DNA of 43,001 nucleotides, from contig NC_057718.1 of assembly GCF_004010195.1 (NCBI RefSeq), positions 10,433,653-10,476,653 on the forward strand, read 5' to 3'. Shown piece by piece: positions 1 to 11,525 of this stretch. The DNA comes from Chiloscyllium plagiosum (Eukaryota). A program made the translations under genes and the position numbers. Position 1 is the stretch's first letter. The number at the start of each line of letters is the position of its first letter. The notes below the pieces were generated by a model. It was not told where the DNA came from and ran no database searches. It worked only from the letters and a program-made list of their open reading frames with translations.

Positions 1-296
1 CTTTTTCTATGTATGGAGTCAGCTATTACGAGGGGACATGGCTTTAAATTAAGGGGTAGTAGTTATAGGACAGATGTTAGGGGTAGATTCTTTACTCAGC
101 GAGTCGTGAGTTCATGGATGGAATGCCAGTAGCAAGTGGTGGACTCTCCCTCTTTATGGGCATTTAAACGGGCATTGGATATGCATATGGAGAATAGTGG
201 GCTAGTGTAGGTTAGGTGGGCTTGGATCGGCGCAACATCGAGGGCCAAAGGGCCTGTACTGCGCTGTATTTTTCTATGTTCTATGTTCTATGTTCT
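1..296 (+). mobile_element. CR1-clade LINE 3' end
   Basis: TRGH.FKL...FFTQRVV-type terminal coding region, 3' UTR and (TTCTATG)n tail at about 271-296. Confidence 0.8.
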
Positions 297-417
297 AAAG
301 CCCTCCATAGAAACTGGCAATCTGTCCACAGCGAAAAATCTAATACTGAAGGTAAAGGTGGCGATCCTTTGATCAGATGTTCATTGGCCTGACAGCTGGA
401 TTCCCTCACCCAACCCT

Positions 418-590
418 GTTTGGTTAGCTCAGTTGGCTGGATGGTTGGTTTGTAATAAAGCTAACAGCGTCTGTTCAATTATTGTACTGGCTGAAGTCAC
501 CATGAACGTTCTATCTTCTCAACCTTGCCTCTGGCCTGGTTAAACTCACCATCAGTTGTCTCTCTTTAATAAGGGAGTGGGACTGTGGCA
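418..590 (+). mobile_element. Short tRNA-derived repeat
   Basis: ggttagctcagttggctgg...ttcaat...ctggctgaagtcaccatgaa. Related antisense copies at about 9425-9480 and 29440-29600. Confidence 0.45.
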
Positions 591-1038
591 AACTTACCTC
601 TTCACACCTTACAAAGGCTAGCAAACAAATTGTCTAAAGATTCCCTTAGAATTTGGTAGTTTTGTCAACTCAAAACCCTCGAGTCCTGGACTGGTTGGGA
701 GGACTGGGATTTTAATTTCCTTGAAAGTTTGCCCAAGAACAGAAATCCCTGAGTCAGTAGTTAGCTGAAGATCAAACTATAGTATTACTGTGAAAAGGAA
801 CTCTGGTGGTTTACACCACTGGCATCACTTGGTCCTTCTGAATTAACAAAGGGTTTTGCCCCTTGAAGGCATTAAAAATTCAGAGGGCCTATAAAGGCTT
901 GCTGACCACGTAATAATTAGTGCCACCTGAGAAAAATCATATTCCTGAGGTTTCTGGTCATTATTAGCGCCCCACCGACAGCAGCTTTGCTAAAGGAGGT
1001 GCAATGTCTTAGTGAGGCAGAGGTAGGCAAGCCTATTG

Positions 1039-1923
1039 TCAATTAAGGTTGGCAGAGTAACCAGAATTATTGTTGATGAGGATGCCAAACACATTGATGG
1101 CAAGAACTCCTACAATGGTAAGGATGCCATGGAAGATGGGAGCGATGGTTGTGGCAATCTCCATTGTGATCTCCAACACCACTCGAACCACGGATTGGCC
1201 AGGAGCCAGGAGCTTGTGGTGGATGAATTGGAAGATTCCCACACATACTTCATAACCCAGTGGTCGCAACGGGGAACTTCCTCTGTTTGCAGGATTGATG
1301 ATTTTACCCTGAATCAACCCTTCCACCTCTCTGAAGATTTCCTCTTCCTCATTTTTGTTCATCCCCCTGCAGTTATCAAACAGCTGGCTGACTCGCAGTT
1401 TCTTCTGCAGTTGCCTCACAGTCACGTGTGTTGTTTTCCGTTCTGGTTTCATTTGCTTCATGAAGGCAAAGGAAAAGTCTCTGTTGTATCTTAGCACATT
1501 CTGCCCCTCTAATCCTGCATTATTGTAGAGACAGGGATCGTTATTCTGGTCCCGTGAGTAGGTGCAGCAAAGAGCTGTCCAGACCAGGCCAGGGACTGAC
1601 ACCCTGTTTTTCATTTTGGTCTTTGTGGGGTTAGCAGCGCCTGTCATGAGATACATTGACCGGCCAGACTTGTGGCATATCCATGCCAACTTCTCGGCAA
1701 CGGACTCTGCTTCCTGGTACCAGTTAACATTGGCTGCATGTTCCTCAGGGACTGCGTTGGTGAGGGTACAGGTAGCTGTGGCACTCTCCTTCTCATTCAG
1801 TGCAAAGGGGTAGAGGTGACCCCTGTCATAGCCAGAGTCCTGGTAATCCTCATCCACCGCCTGTCTCTCACTGAAATCTGCACTACTACTCCTCATCGTG
1901 CCAGGGGCGTTTTGATCATCAAT
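1039..1923 (-). CDS. ENDOD1-like endonuclease gene A, coding exon 2 (294 aa + stop; spliced product 394 aa)
   Basis: ttaaAG|ATT GAT GAT acceptor in phase 0, with an upstream ttctaac branch-like site. Motifs QA...DY...YDRGHLYPF, TLTNAVP, N..W, MYLMTG, RVSVP..VW.A.CC, then a hydrophobic tail. TGA at 1041-1039. Confidence 0.88.
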   Translation of the reverse strand: MDDQNAPGTMRSSSADFSERQAVDEDYQDSGYDRGHLYPFALNEKESATATCTLTNAVPEEHAANVNWYQEAESVAEKLAWICHKSGRSMYLMTGAANPTKTKMKNRVSVPGLVWTALCCTYSRDQNNDPCLYNNAGLEGQNVLRYNRDFSFAFMKQMKPERKTTHVTVRQLQKKLRVSQLFDNCRGMNKNEEEEIFREVEGLIQGKIINPANRGSSPLRPLGYEVCVGIFQFIHHKLLAPGQSVVRVVLEITMEIATTIAPIFHGILTIVGVLAINVFGILINNNSGYSANLN

Positions 1924-2391
1924 CTTTAATGAATGCAAATCAACATGTTAGAAAAATGAAAACATTACTGTACACTCACTGTGATCTGACCTCCCCAGGA
2001 ATCAACACAGCTGAGCAGTCAACAACTATACTGATCTGAATTGCTCTCAAGTTCAACTGGACACAGGATAAACAATGCTGGCCTTGCCAGTGACATCCAT
2101 ATCCCATAAAATAATATAACAAAATAAATAGAAAAGGTTGACCTAATAGAATGGAGGAAGGTCAGTTGGCCTAACCCAAGGTCCTTCTATTTAAGCCCCA
2201 GTGCACACATTGACAACGTATTATATTATTTGCATTTATGGGATATAACTAATGTGGACATCACCCTTAGAAGCTGGTGGTGAAACAGCTTCCTGAATGA
2301 TTGCTGTTATAACTTAGTGACTCAACAGCTCACTTCAGGGTGAATACAACATGGTCTTAATGAGATTTAAACTGAGTAACTTCCCAGGAGA

Positions 2392-2840
2392 CTGATGGCT
2401 GAGTGGTAGTATCACTGGACTATTAATGCACAGACCCAGATAATGTTCTGAGGACCTGGGTATGAATCCCACTGCGGCTACTAGTGGAGCTTGAACTCAA
2501 TTAAAGAAAGGAATCCAGAATTAAAAGTCTATTGTCACCATGAATCCATTCTCATTTGCCTGGGAAAACCATCTGCTTTTACTAATGCCCTTTAGGGAGA
2601 CAAATTGCCATCCTTACCTGGTCTGGCCTACATGTGACCCCCAGCAGTGTGATTGACTCTTACCCATACTCCCTGGGTAATAAGGTATGGGGCAATAAAT
2701 ACTGGGCTGAAAATGTGTTGCTGGAAAAGCGCAGCAGGTCAGGCAGCATCCAAGGAGCAAGAGAATCGACGTTTCGGGCATGCGCCCTTCTTCAGTAATA
2801 AATACTGGCCCAACCAGTGAAGCCCTCATCCTGTGAATTA
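2392..2840 (+). mobile_element. tRNA-derived SINE, second family (ggcctacatgtgactccagacc core, gggcaataaatgctgg tail)
   Basis: Homologous copies at about 14303-14910(+), 30655-30980(+), 33620-33960(+), 4960-5270(-) and 11530-11720(-). Family name not assigned. Confidence 0.65.
2706..2796 (-). mobile_element. PLE pLTR mini-insertion in a SINE tail
   Basis: TSD aataaatactgg at 2694-2705 and 2797-2808. Same pLTR family as 14601. Confidence 0.8.
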
Positions 2841-3142
2841 ATTTTGTGAAAAAGGACATTCTGTTTTGAGGAAGGGGCACTGAACTGGAAACATTAACTC
2901 TGATTTCTCTCCACAGATGCAGCCAGACCTACTGAGCCTTTCCAGCAACTTCGGGTTCTTATACAACAGATTAAGAACTCTACTCATTTTATTGAATCAC
3001 AGAATCCCTACAGTGTGGAAGTAGGCCGTTCAGCCCATTCCCAACCCAAGTATCAAGGATAACTTCCTAGTGTTTTTGTTTTGAAGAGTGGCATGTGGTC
3101 TTTTATGTCTGCCATTGAGAACAGACAGGGTTTCAATTTAAC

Positions 3143-3487
3143 ATAGAATCCCTACAATGTGGAAAGAGGCCATTCAGCCCAGCAAATACACACCAACCCA
3201 CCAAAGAGCATCTCACCCAAATCACAACTCTATCCCTGACACCCCACATTTTTACAATGGCCAGCCCAACCAGCCTGAACATCCTTGGACAGTATGGACA
3301 ATTTAGCATGACCAATCCACCTAATCTGCATTTTGTTGAACTGTAGGAGGAAACCACAGCATCTGAAGGAAACCCACACTGACACAGAGAGAATGTGCAA
3401 ACTCCACACAGGCAGTCACACCAAGGCTGGAATCGAACCCAAGTTCCTGGCACTGTGAGGCAGCAATGCTAACTACTGAACCACTGC
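3143..3487 (-). mobile_element. HE1-like V-SINE
   Basis: tRNA-like head (A/B boxes), V-domain tgtgtggagtttgcacattctc, and gtagggattctatg tail. Confidence 0.8.
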
Positions 3488-4513
3488 ATCGTCTGTTCAA
3501 TCTCAGGCTGTGGCTTTGCACACTTTCTCATTTGCTGGGAATGCTGTCCAGGAAATTAATCCACTCTGCATTCATAATTTCTGTTCCAAACACCTGTTAA
3601 TCACACCCAATTCCTAATTAGTGTAATTTGCAGGCAGATCTCTGATCCAAGATTGCAAATTCACCAAATGATCCCTTGAGACTGCCCCTGTTCAAGGAAC
3701 ATCGAATGGTACTGGAAACTCAGCTTTAGACCAAAATATTCAACAGCATTTCCCAAACCCATGACCTCTGCCAACTAAAAGGACAAGGACAGCGGATACT
3801 TGCGGATTCCACCATCTGCAATTTCCCCTCCAAGCCACACACTATCTCGACATGGAAATATATCGCTGTTCCTTTCGTTTTGCTAGATCAAAATCCCTCC
3901 CTAACCTCATTATGGGTCTACCTAAAGCTCATAGGCTGCAGTGGGGTTCAGGAAAGCAGCTAACCAGTGGCTTCTCAAGGGCACTTTGGAATGGATAATA
4001 AATCTAGGCCTTACCAGCCATGCTCACTCAAATATTTTTGGTCTCATTGTGCTAAAGAATATTGCTGATAAAAAATACTAACAGACTGCAAAGGTAAAGA
4101 AAATATTATATTCAAGAAACCTCTCATTGTGGTCTCATCTGACAATGTTGCAAGAGTTGGACAGATCATATAACACTGCAATAATGCATCCTGTGTCTTT
4201 GTAACATATCCTGCAGTTAAATGTAACCCTATACTATATTCATATCCCATAACCAATTGAAAAATGGAACACACCATAGGTTTCGTGTCAGGATAGAGTG
4301 ACTCGAGGAGATGTGAATCCAGACTCTGGACTAAATCTTCTCACATTGCATTGATTTCCTTAAGTTTCTCTTTGTGAGCCATAGCAGGTTTTCTTACCCT
4401 GTTTTACCAAACCCGCCACTTTAACAAACTACCTTATCCCAATGGTGCACATCTTGCTGATGCTGCCCTGAGTCTCCCACTTACCACAGCAGAAGAATTC
4501 GCCACTGCCCAGA

Positions 4514-4780
4514 TCATAGAATCCCTACAGTGTGGAAACAGGCCCTTTGGCCCAACAAGTCCACACTGACCCTCCAAAAAGCAATCTACCCAGACCCATT
4601 CCCAACACTTACCCCTAATCTACACATCCCTGAACACCACGGGCAATTTAGCATGACCAATTCACATAACCACAGGGAGAATATGTAAACTCCACACAAA
4701 CAGTCACTGGAGGCTGGAATCGAACCCAGGCCCCTGATACTATGAGGCAGCAGTGCTAACCACTGAGCCACCATGCCACC
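4514..4780 (-). mobile_element. HE1-like V-SINE (internally deleted)
   Basis: ggtggctcagtggttagcactgctgcctca head and the same tail. Confidence 0.8.
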
Positions 4781-5949
4781 CCAGCTGTCCTAACTAGCTG
4801 ACTAATCATGCCCAAGCCAAGCCAAGTGGTGGGCAGTAGGATAGGAAACAGCATATTAATTGGGATGGGGCCACATTTATAGGCAGCTCACAGACTCTCA
4901 TCAAGAATCTCATCGCAATGTTTGAAAATGCAACAAGATGAGTATTTGGATAGTAGCATGTTTTATTCAATCACGGGATGTCAGCATTTTTTTTGTCCAG
5001 AGGGCAGTTAAGGGTCAACTGCATTGCTGTGGCAGACCAGATAAGGATGCAGGTATCCCTCCCTTAGGGACGTTAGTGTATTGGATGGGTCTTTCTGACA
5101 ATCGGCAACAGTTTCACAGTCATCGTTAAGACTCTTCATTCTAGATTTTTGTTGAATTCAAATTCCTCCATCTACCATGGAAGGATTCAAAACCAGATAA
5201 TCTAGAACTTTACCTGGGTCTCTATGTTAATAGTTTAGCAATAAAGCCACTAGACCATTATCTCCCCACTACAGGAATCTGGCATGTAGAGGTATGGTGG
5301 GGAACAGGTAGGTATTGGCACTAGTTAATAAAACCAGTGCAGGCATGATGGGCCAAGTGGCCACCTTCTGCACTATAACAATTCTATGATTCTGTGGTCT
5401 CGAAGTCAAGATTGACCCCATCTCATTTCTCACATGACCCTTTCAGGTTTCTTGCAATAGCCAATGCTGCTCAAGCCCCTCTGTCTCAGAGCCGACAACT
5501 ATGGACAGTGGCTTGGGATTCCCTGCTACACTCTCACCCCACAGCACCAGATGGACAATACCACCACTCGCAACCACAAAAACAACCTGCATTTACAGAA
5601 TACCAGCTGAAGCATGGGTGTTTGTTGGAGGTCTAACAGCCAAAAGATCGACACCAAGCCAAATAAGGATATGAATATCCAACAAGGAACAAGGGTAGGC
5701 CATTCGGCCCTTCTAGCCTGCTTCGCCATTCAGTAAGATCATGGCTGGTCTGATATCAATCCCAATTCTACATTCCTGCATACCTCCGATAATCTTTCAT
5801 CGCCTTGGTAACCAAGAATCTATCGAGCTCTGCTTTAAAAACAATTCAGTGATTTTGCGTCTATTGCTTTGTTGAGCAAGGGAATTCCAAAGACTCTCAT
5901 CTCCCTGAGATGAAAATACATTTCCTCATCTGTTTTACATGGGTGCTAG

Positions 5950-6393
5950 GCAAAAGTGAGGACTGCAGATGCTGGAGATCAGAGTCAAGATTAGAATGGT
6001 GCTGGAAAAGCACAGCAGGTCCGGCAGCATCCGAGGAGCAGGAAAATCGATGTTTCGGGCAAAAGTCCTTCAGAAGGAATGAAGACAGGGAGCCTCCGGG
6101 GTGGAGATATAAATGGGAGGTGGGTGGGGCGGGAGAGAAGGTAGCCAAGTGTAGCTTCAGGGCAGAGGAGATTACCTGGGAGTTGCAGTGTGAGAGAGAC
6201 TCACTGAGATTCTTGTAGAGAGAGAGGAGGAGAACTTCTTCAAGGTCGGCATCCTTGCAAGAGGATTCGCAGTAAGGTTAAAATCAACTCAGCAAATGTG
6301 AGGCCTGCAGATATTGGAGGTCAGAATCTAGATTAAATTGGCGCTGGAAAAGCACAGCAGGTCAGGCAGCATCCAAGGAGCAGGAAAATCGAC
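5950..6393 (-). mobile_element. Non-autonomous PLE derivative with tandem pLTR copies (342-bp period)
   Basis: gtgagg.ctgcagat...ctggaaaagcacagcaggtc.ggcagcatcc..ggagcaggaaaatcga occurs at 5956 and again at 6298. Inserted in a CR1 fragment. Confidence 0.75.
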
Positions 6394-6598
6394 TCTTTAT
6401 CTTTAAACTGAGACCTGAAGTGCAGACCAGGTGGTTTACCAGGAGTATTAAGCGTGCAGACACATTTAGAGTGCAGGGGCATTAAAGGTGGGGGTGGGGA
6501 GGTTTAGTGACAAAATTAGAGTCTAGGGCCAGTGTCACTGAAGGCAGAGCTTCCAGTAGAAGGAGTGAAGAAAATGAAGAATATTCATAAGATATTTA

Positions 6599-6932
6599 GG
6601 CGACGTGGTGGCTTAGTGGTTAGCACTGCTGCCTCACAGTGCTAGGGACCCGGGTTCGATTTTGACTTGGGTAACTGTCTGTGTGAAGTTTGCACATTCT
6701 CCCTGAGTCTGTGTGAGTTTCCTCCGGGTGCTCCGGTTTTCTCTCACAATCCAAAGATGTGCAGATTAGGTGAATTGGTCATGCTAAATTGACCATAGTG
6801 TTCAGGGATGTGTAGGCTAGGTGCATTAGTCAGGGGAAATATAAAGTAATAGGGAATGGATCTGGGTGGGATACTCTTCAGTGTGGACTGGTTGGGCCAA
6901 ATGGCCTGTTTCCACACTGTGGGGATTCCCTG
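6599..6932 (+). mobile_element. HE1-like V-SINE
   Basis: gtggcttagtggttagcactgctgcctcacag...gggttcgat head, V-domain and tail. Confidence 0.85.
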
Positions 6933-7460
6933 AAGATGAAAGTATTTACCATAAGAAATAGGAGTAGGCTACATGGCCCATCAAGCCTGCTGAACCAAAG
7001 AACAAAGAAAATTTACAGCCCAGGAACAGGCCCTTCGGTCGTCCAAGCCTGCGCTGTCTAAATCTATCAATCCAATTCCAAAGGATCTGTATCCCTCTGC
7101 TCCCACATACTCATGTATTTGTCCAGCCGCACCTTAAATGAATCTACTATGCCTGCCTCTACTACCTCTGCTGGCAACATGTTCCATACACCTACCACCC
7201 TCTGTGTAAAGTACTTTTGTTCAAACACCAGATGGACAATACCATTCAATCAGATCATGGCTGATCTTTACATGGACTCAGCTCCACTTACCCGCCTGCT
7301 CACCATAACCCTTACTTCCTTTACTGTTCAAAATCTATCTTTGCCTTAAAAACATTCAACAAGGTAGCCTCAACTGCTCCACTGGGCAGCGAATTCCACG
7401 GATTCACAACTCTTGTGGCTATGCTCCCTAGTTGTAGTTTCACCCGCCAGTGGAAACAAC

Positions 7461-7590
7461 TTTCCTGATGAAGGACTTATGCCCGAAACGTCGATTCTCC
7501 TGCTCCTCGGATGCTGCCTGACCTGCTGCGCTTTCCCAGCAACACACTCTCTACTCTGATCTCCAGCATCTGTAGTCCTCACTTTCTCCG
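7461..7590 (+). mobile_element. PLE pLTR mini-insertion in a CR1 fragment
   Basis: TSD agtggaaacaac at 7449-7460 and 7591-7602. Hammerhead core at 7465. Confidence 0.85.
7465..7492 (+). ncRNA. Minimal hammerhead ribozyme motif in PLE pLTR (second family)
   Basis: CTGATGA-aggacttatgccc-GAAAC-GTC. Related copies at 22555(+), 14733(+), about 14698-14724(-), 27653-27680(-), 2768-2795(-) and 18550-18578(-). Confidence 0.55.
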
Positions 7591-8044
7591 AGTGGAAACA
7601 ACCTTGCTGTTTCCATCCTTCACGATTCTACATGTTTCTATAAAATCCCCTCTCTTCTTAAAATTCCAATGGGTATAATCTCTCCTCATAAGCCAACCCT
7701 CTCAACCCCGGAATCAACCTGGTGAACCTCCTCTGCACCCCCTCCAGTGCCAGGACATCCCCTCTCAAGTAAGGAGACCAAAACTGTGCACAGTACCCTA
7801 TACAGCTTAATCTTAATATAGAGTCAGGAAGTTGTTCCCTCAGCCTGTATGTACATAGATACGGATCGGAATGTCTGGCTGCAGTCTTGGCTCACAGCCA
7901 TGAACTGAGCTCCTGTTAGATTACTTTGGGAGCCACAAGCAGACAGACACAGAACCAGAATGGTGCAGCGACACTTGTGTGTCCTAAAGTTTCCCCCACT
8001 TATTGCCAGTCAGTCGACACCGACCATCCCCGGAGCTCTTTTAC

Positions 8045-8344
8045 CTGCGGCTCGTAGAACCAGGGGCTGGGTCTGTAGCCCGCACTCTGGCCCATACTGC
8101 AGGGGTATCTGTAGGCGGAGTAGACTGGGACCCGCAGCCCGCTGTTGTACAGAGTGGCAAAGTGGTAATGGTTCTTATACCGCTGGCAGATTCTGAACCG
8201 GCCCCGCACTGGGAATCCCTGCGGAGGTTTCTTGTTCTGGAAGAACCAGCTGCATTCCTTAAAATCCCGGACCACTTCCCCCTTCACCGTCCCGGATTGA
8301 GGCAGTGCCCAGAGCAGCAGTAACAGCAGGCTTCCCATCTCCAT
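8045..8344 (-). CDS. ENDOD1-like endonuclease gene A, coding exon 1 (100 codons: signal peptide plus N-terminal nuclease domain)
   Basis: gaccATGG Kozak context at 8344. Hydrophobic leader MEMGSLLLLLLWALPQSG, then C..FF..PP.G....ICQRY....FATLY.....PVYSAY....WFYEPQ. Ends at a CAG|GTAAAA donor (intron starts at 8044), phase 0, the same EPQ|ID junction I recall for vertebrate ENDOD1. Confidence 0.9.
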
Positions 8345-8600
8345 GGTCCGGTAGGATGGGATGTCTCTCTCCCCGCTGGTAAAGCGGCTGAGTTTTGACG
8401 CTTCCGGCTGCTCTGGGGCACCGAGTAAAACTTCCCTTCCCTCTCCTGTTACTTCCGTAAGGTCCCCAGAGCTCGCCAGCTTTTGAGAAGCGCTGACAGT
8501 TCATTCACCATTTCCCAGCCCTCAAATAACAAGCCCGTGACAGCGCTCCCTTACGCTGAGAACCACTCCCCCCTGCCCCAACCCGCCCAACACCCACCTC
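8345..8600 (-). promoter_or_regulatory. Putative 5' UTR/proximal promoter of gene A (CpG-enriched)
   Basis: Non-repetitive, CpG-richer than the window background, with a GC-box-like cccgccc near 8582, directly upstream of the ATG. The TSS cannot be determined. Confidence 0.35.
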
Positions 8601-8694
8601 TAAACTTCACCTTCAATTACTGCCAAGCAAGCAATAGCCATCCCTGCTCCAGCTAAAACGCAGGGTGCTGGAGAAACTCGGCTGGTCTGGCAAC

Positions 8695-9390
8695 ATAGAG
8701 TCATAGTCATCAAGATGCACAGAATTTAAACAGACCCTTCAGTCCAACTCGTCCTGACCTAACCTAGTCCCATTTGCCAGCATTTGACCCATATCCCTCT
8801 AAATCCTTCCTACTCATTGACACACCCAGATGCCTTTTAAATACTGTAATTGTACCAGCCTCCACCACTTCCTCTGGCAGCTCATTCCATACACGTACCA
8901 CCCTCTGTGTGAACAAATGCCCCTTAGGCCCCCTTTATATCTTTCCCCTCTCACCTTAAACCTATGCCCTCTAGTTCTGGAATTCTTCACCCCAGGGAAA
9001 AGACCTTGTCTATTTATCCTATCCACACCCCTCATGATTTTAAAAACCTCTGTAAAGTCACCAGCCTCCGGTGCCCAGGGAAAATATCTCCCTGTAGCTC
9101 AAATCGTCCAACATCCTTGTAAATCTTTTCTGAACCCTTTCAAGTTTCACAACATCTTTCTGATAGGAAGGAGACCAGAATTGCATGCAATATTCCAAAA
9201 GTGGCCTAACCAATGTCCTGTTCAGCAGCAACATGACCTCTCAACTCCTATATTCAATTCTCTGACCAATAAGAGAAAAGCATACCAAACGCCTTCTTCT
9301 CTATCCTATCTACCTGCAACTCTACTTTTAAGGAACTATGAACCTGCACTCCAAAGTCTTTTTGTTCAGCAACACTCTCCAGGACCCAGA
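8695..9390 (-). mobile_element. CR1-clade LINE 3' portion
   Basis: EQKDFGVQVHSSLKV..QVDR..KKAFGML and RTRGHRFKVRGERY, with a tctatgac-type tail. Confidence 0.85.
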
Positions 9391-9484
9391 TGTAGAGAGA
9401 TTTTATAAAGTTAGTGTTTCTAGACCAGTGAGTTACCTTCATGGTAACCTCAGCTGGTGCAGGAATTGAACCCACACTGTTGAT

Positions 9485-10235
9485 CTAATTTGATTTATTC
9501 TTGTCACATGTACCTAGGTACAGTGGAAGGTTTTGTTTTGCATGCAGCACAGACAGATCATAACATGCAACAACCATAAGGTGATTGAACAGAGCAAGAA
9601 ATACAAAGTTACAGCTGCAAAGACAGTGCACAAAAAGCAAGATTGACATTAGATTTGAACTTTGAGAGGTCTGTTCAGAAGTCTAATAACAGCGGGGAAG
9701 AACTAATCTTGAACCTGTTGGTGCACATGCTTTGTATCTTATGCCCTCGATGGAAGAAATTGGAGGAGATTATAACCGGGGTGGGAGGGGTCTTTGATCA
9801 TGTTGGCTACTTTTCTATGGCAAAAAGAAGTGTAGATGGAGTCAGTGGATGGAAGGTTGGTTTGCTTGATGAACTGGACTGCGTTCACAACTCCCTGTAG
9901 TTTCATACAGTCCTGGGCAGAGCAGTTACTGTACCAAGCCATGATGTATCCAGATAGAATGCTTTCTACAGTGCATCTGTAAAAGTTGGTGAGGACCCTT
10001 AGGGACAAGCTGAATTTTCTTAATGTCCTGAGGAAGAAGAGGCATTGTTGTGTTTTCTTGACCATTGCGTCGACGTAGGTCGTCAAGGACAGACTGTTGG
10101 TGATAGTCACTTCTGGGACCTTGACTCTCTCCACCATCTCCACCTCAGCTCCATTGATACAGATAGAGATGTGCCTGCCTCCTTGCTTCCTAAAGTTGAT
10201 GATCAGCTCTCTAGTTTCGCTGACTGTTGGCATGA
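9485..10235 (-). mobile_element. Rex1/Babar-clade LINE 3' portion
   Basis: TRELIINFRK...INGAEVEMV...KKTQQCLFFLRTLRKF...LTNFYRCTVESILSG...WYSNC, the typical Rex1/Babar post-RT domain. Confidence 0.8.
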
Positions 10236-10254
10236 CTTTGCATTGAAAACCTGA

Positions 10255-11525
10255 ATGTGTTGGAAAAGGTTATAAGAGATAGGATTTATAATCATCTAGA
10301 GAGGAATAAGTTGATTAGGGATAGTCAACGTGGTTTTGTGAAGGCTAGGTCATGCCTCACAAACCTTATCGAGGTCTTTGAGAAGGTGACCAAATAAGTG
10401 GATGAGGGCAAAGTGGTTGATGTAGTGTATATGGATTTCAGTAAGGTGTTTGAAAAGGTTCTTATGGTAGGCTAATGCACAAAATACTGAGGCATAGGAT
10501 TGAGGGTGATTTTGCAATTTGGATCAGATGTTGGCTAGCTGAAAGAAGACAGAGGGTGATGGTTAATGGGAAACATTCATCCAGAGTTCAGTTGCTAGTG
10601 GTGTACTGAAAGGATCTGTTTTGGGGCTACTGCTGTTTGTCTTTTTTATAAATGACCGAGATGAAGGCATAGAAGGATGGGTTAGTAATTTTACGGATGA
10701 CACTAAGGTTGGTGGAGTTGTGGATAGTGCTGATGAATGTTGCAGGTTACAGAGGAACATAGACAACTGCAGAGCTAGGTTGAAAGATGGCAAATGGAGT
10801 TTAATGCAGAAAAGTGTGAGGTGATTCACTTTGGAAGGTGCAATGGGAATTAAGAGTAATGGTAAGATTCTTGGCAGTGTAGATGAGCAGAGAGATCTCG
10901 GTGTGCATGTACATAGATCCCTTAAAGTTGCCACCCAGGTTGATAGGGTTGTTAAGAAGGCACACAATGTGTTAGCTTTTATTGGTAGTGGAATTGACTT
11001 CCAGAACCACAAGATCATACTCCAGCTGTACAAAACTCTGGTGCAGCCGCACTTGGAGTATTGCATACAGTTCAGGTCATCGCATTTATAGGAAGGATGT
11101 GGAAGCTTTGGAGAGGGTTCAGAGGAGATTTACCAGGATGGTGCCTGGTATGGAGGGAACATCTTATGAGGAAAGGCTGAGGGACTTGAGGCTGTTTTCG
11201 TTAGAGTGAAGAAGGCTGAGAGGTGACTTAATTGAGACATACAAGATTGGGTGGACAATGAGCGCCTTTTTCTTTGGATGGTGATGGCTAGCACGAGAGA
11301 ACACCACTTTAAATTGAGGGCTGATAGATATAGGGCAAATGTCAGAGGTAATTTCTTTACTCAGAGAGTAGTAGGGGTGTGGAACGCACTGCCTGCAACA
11401 GCAATAGACTCACCAACTTTATTGGAATACTGTAGGACAGTTGGACTTCAGATCTTTTCCACAGGTTGGCCCAACATCGAGGGCCAAAGGGTCTGTACTG
11501 CGCTGTAATGTTCTCTGTTCTATGA
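10255..11525 (+). mobile_element. CR1-clade LINE (degenerate RT to 3' tail)
   Basis: YMDFSK, FIND.DEG...SNFTDDTKVGG, QLYKTLVQPHLEYCIQF, FFTQRVVGVWNALP, with a ttctatg tail. Frameshifted. Confidence 0.9.

Larger units (their letters stand above)
6950..7800 (-). mobile_element. Nested CR1-clade LINE 3' fragments
   Basis: FTQRVVGVWNMLPAEVVEAG (7067-7249) and TTREH motifs, CR1 3' UTR sequence. Confidence 0.7.

Noticed and set aside
1036..1929. Plus-strand ORFs overlapping gene A exon 2 (and minus-strand ORFs at 23701-24785 over gene B)
   Set aside because: Antisense shadows of real coding exons. Many begin at TTG/GTG, which are not credible eukaryotic starts.
5394..5640. GC-balanced, coding-looking stretch (also 25640-25970)
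   Set aside because: Possibly old transposon remnants, but I could not assign any motif.
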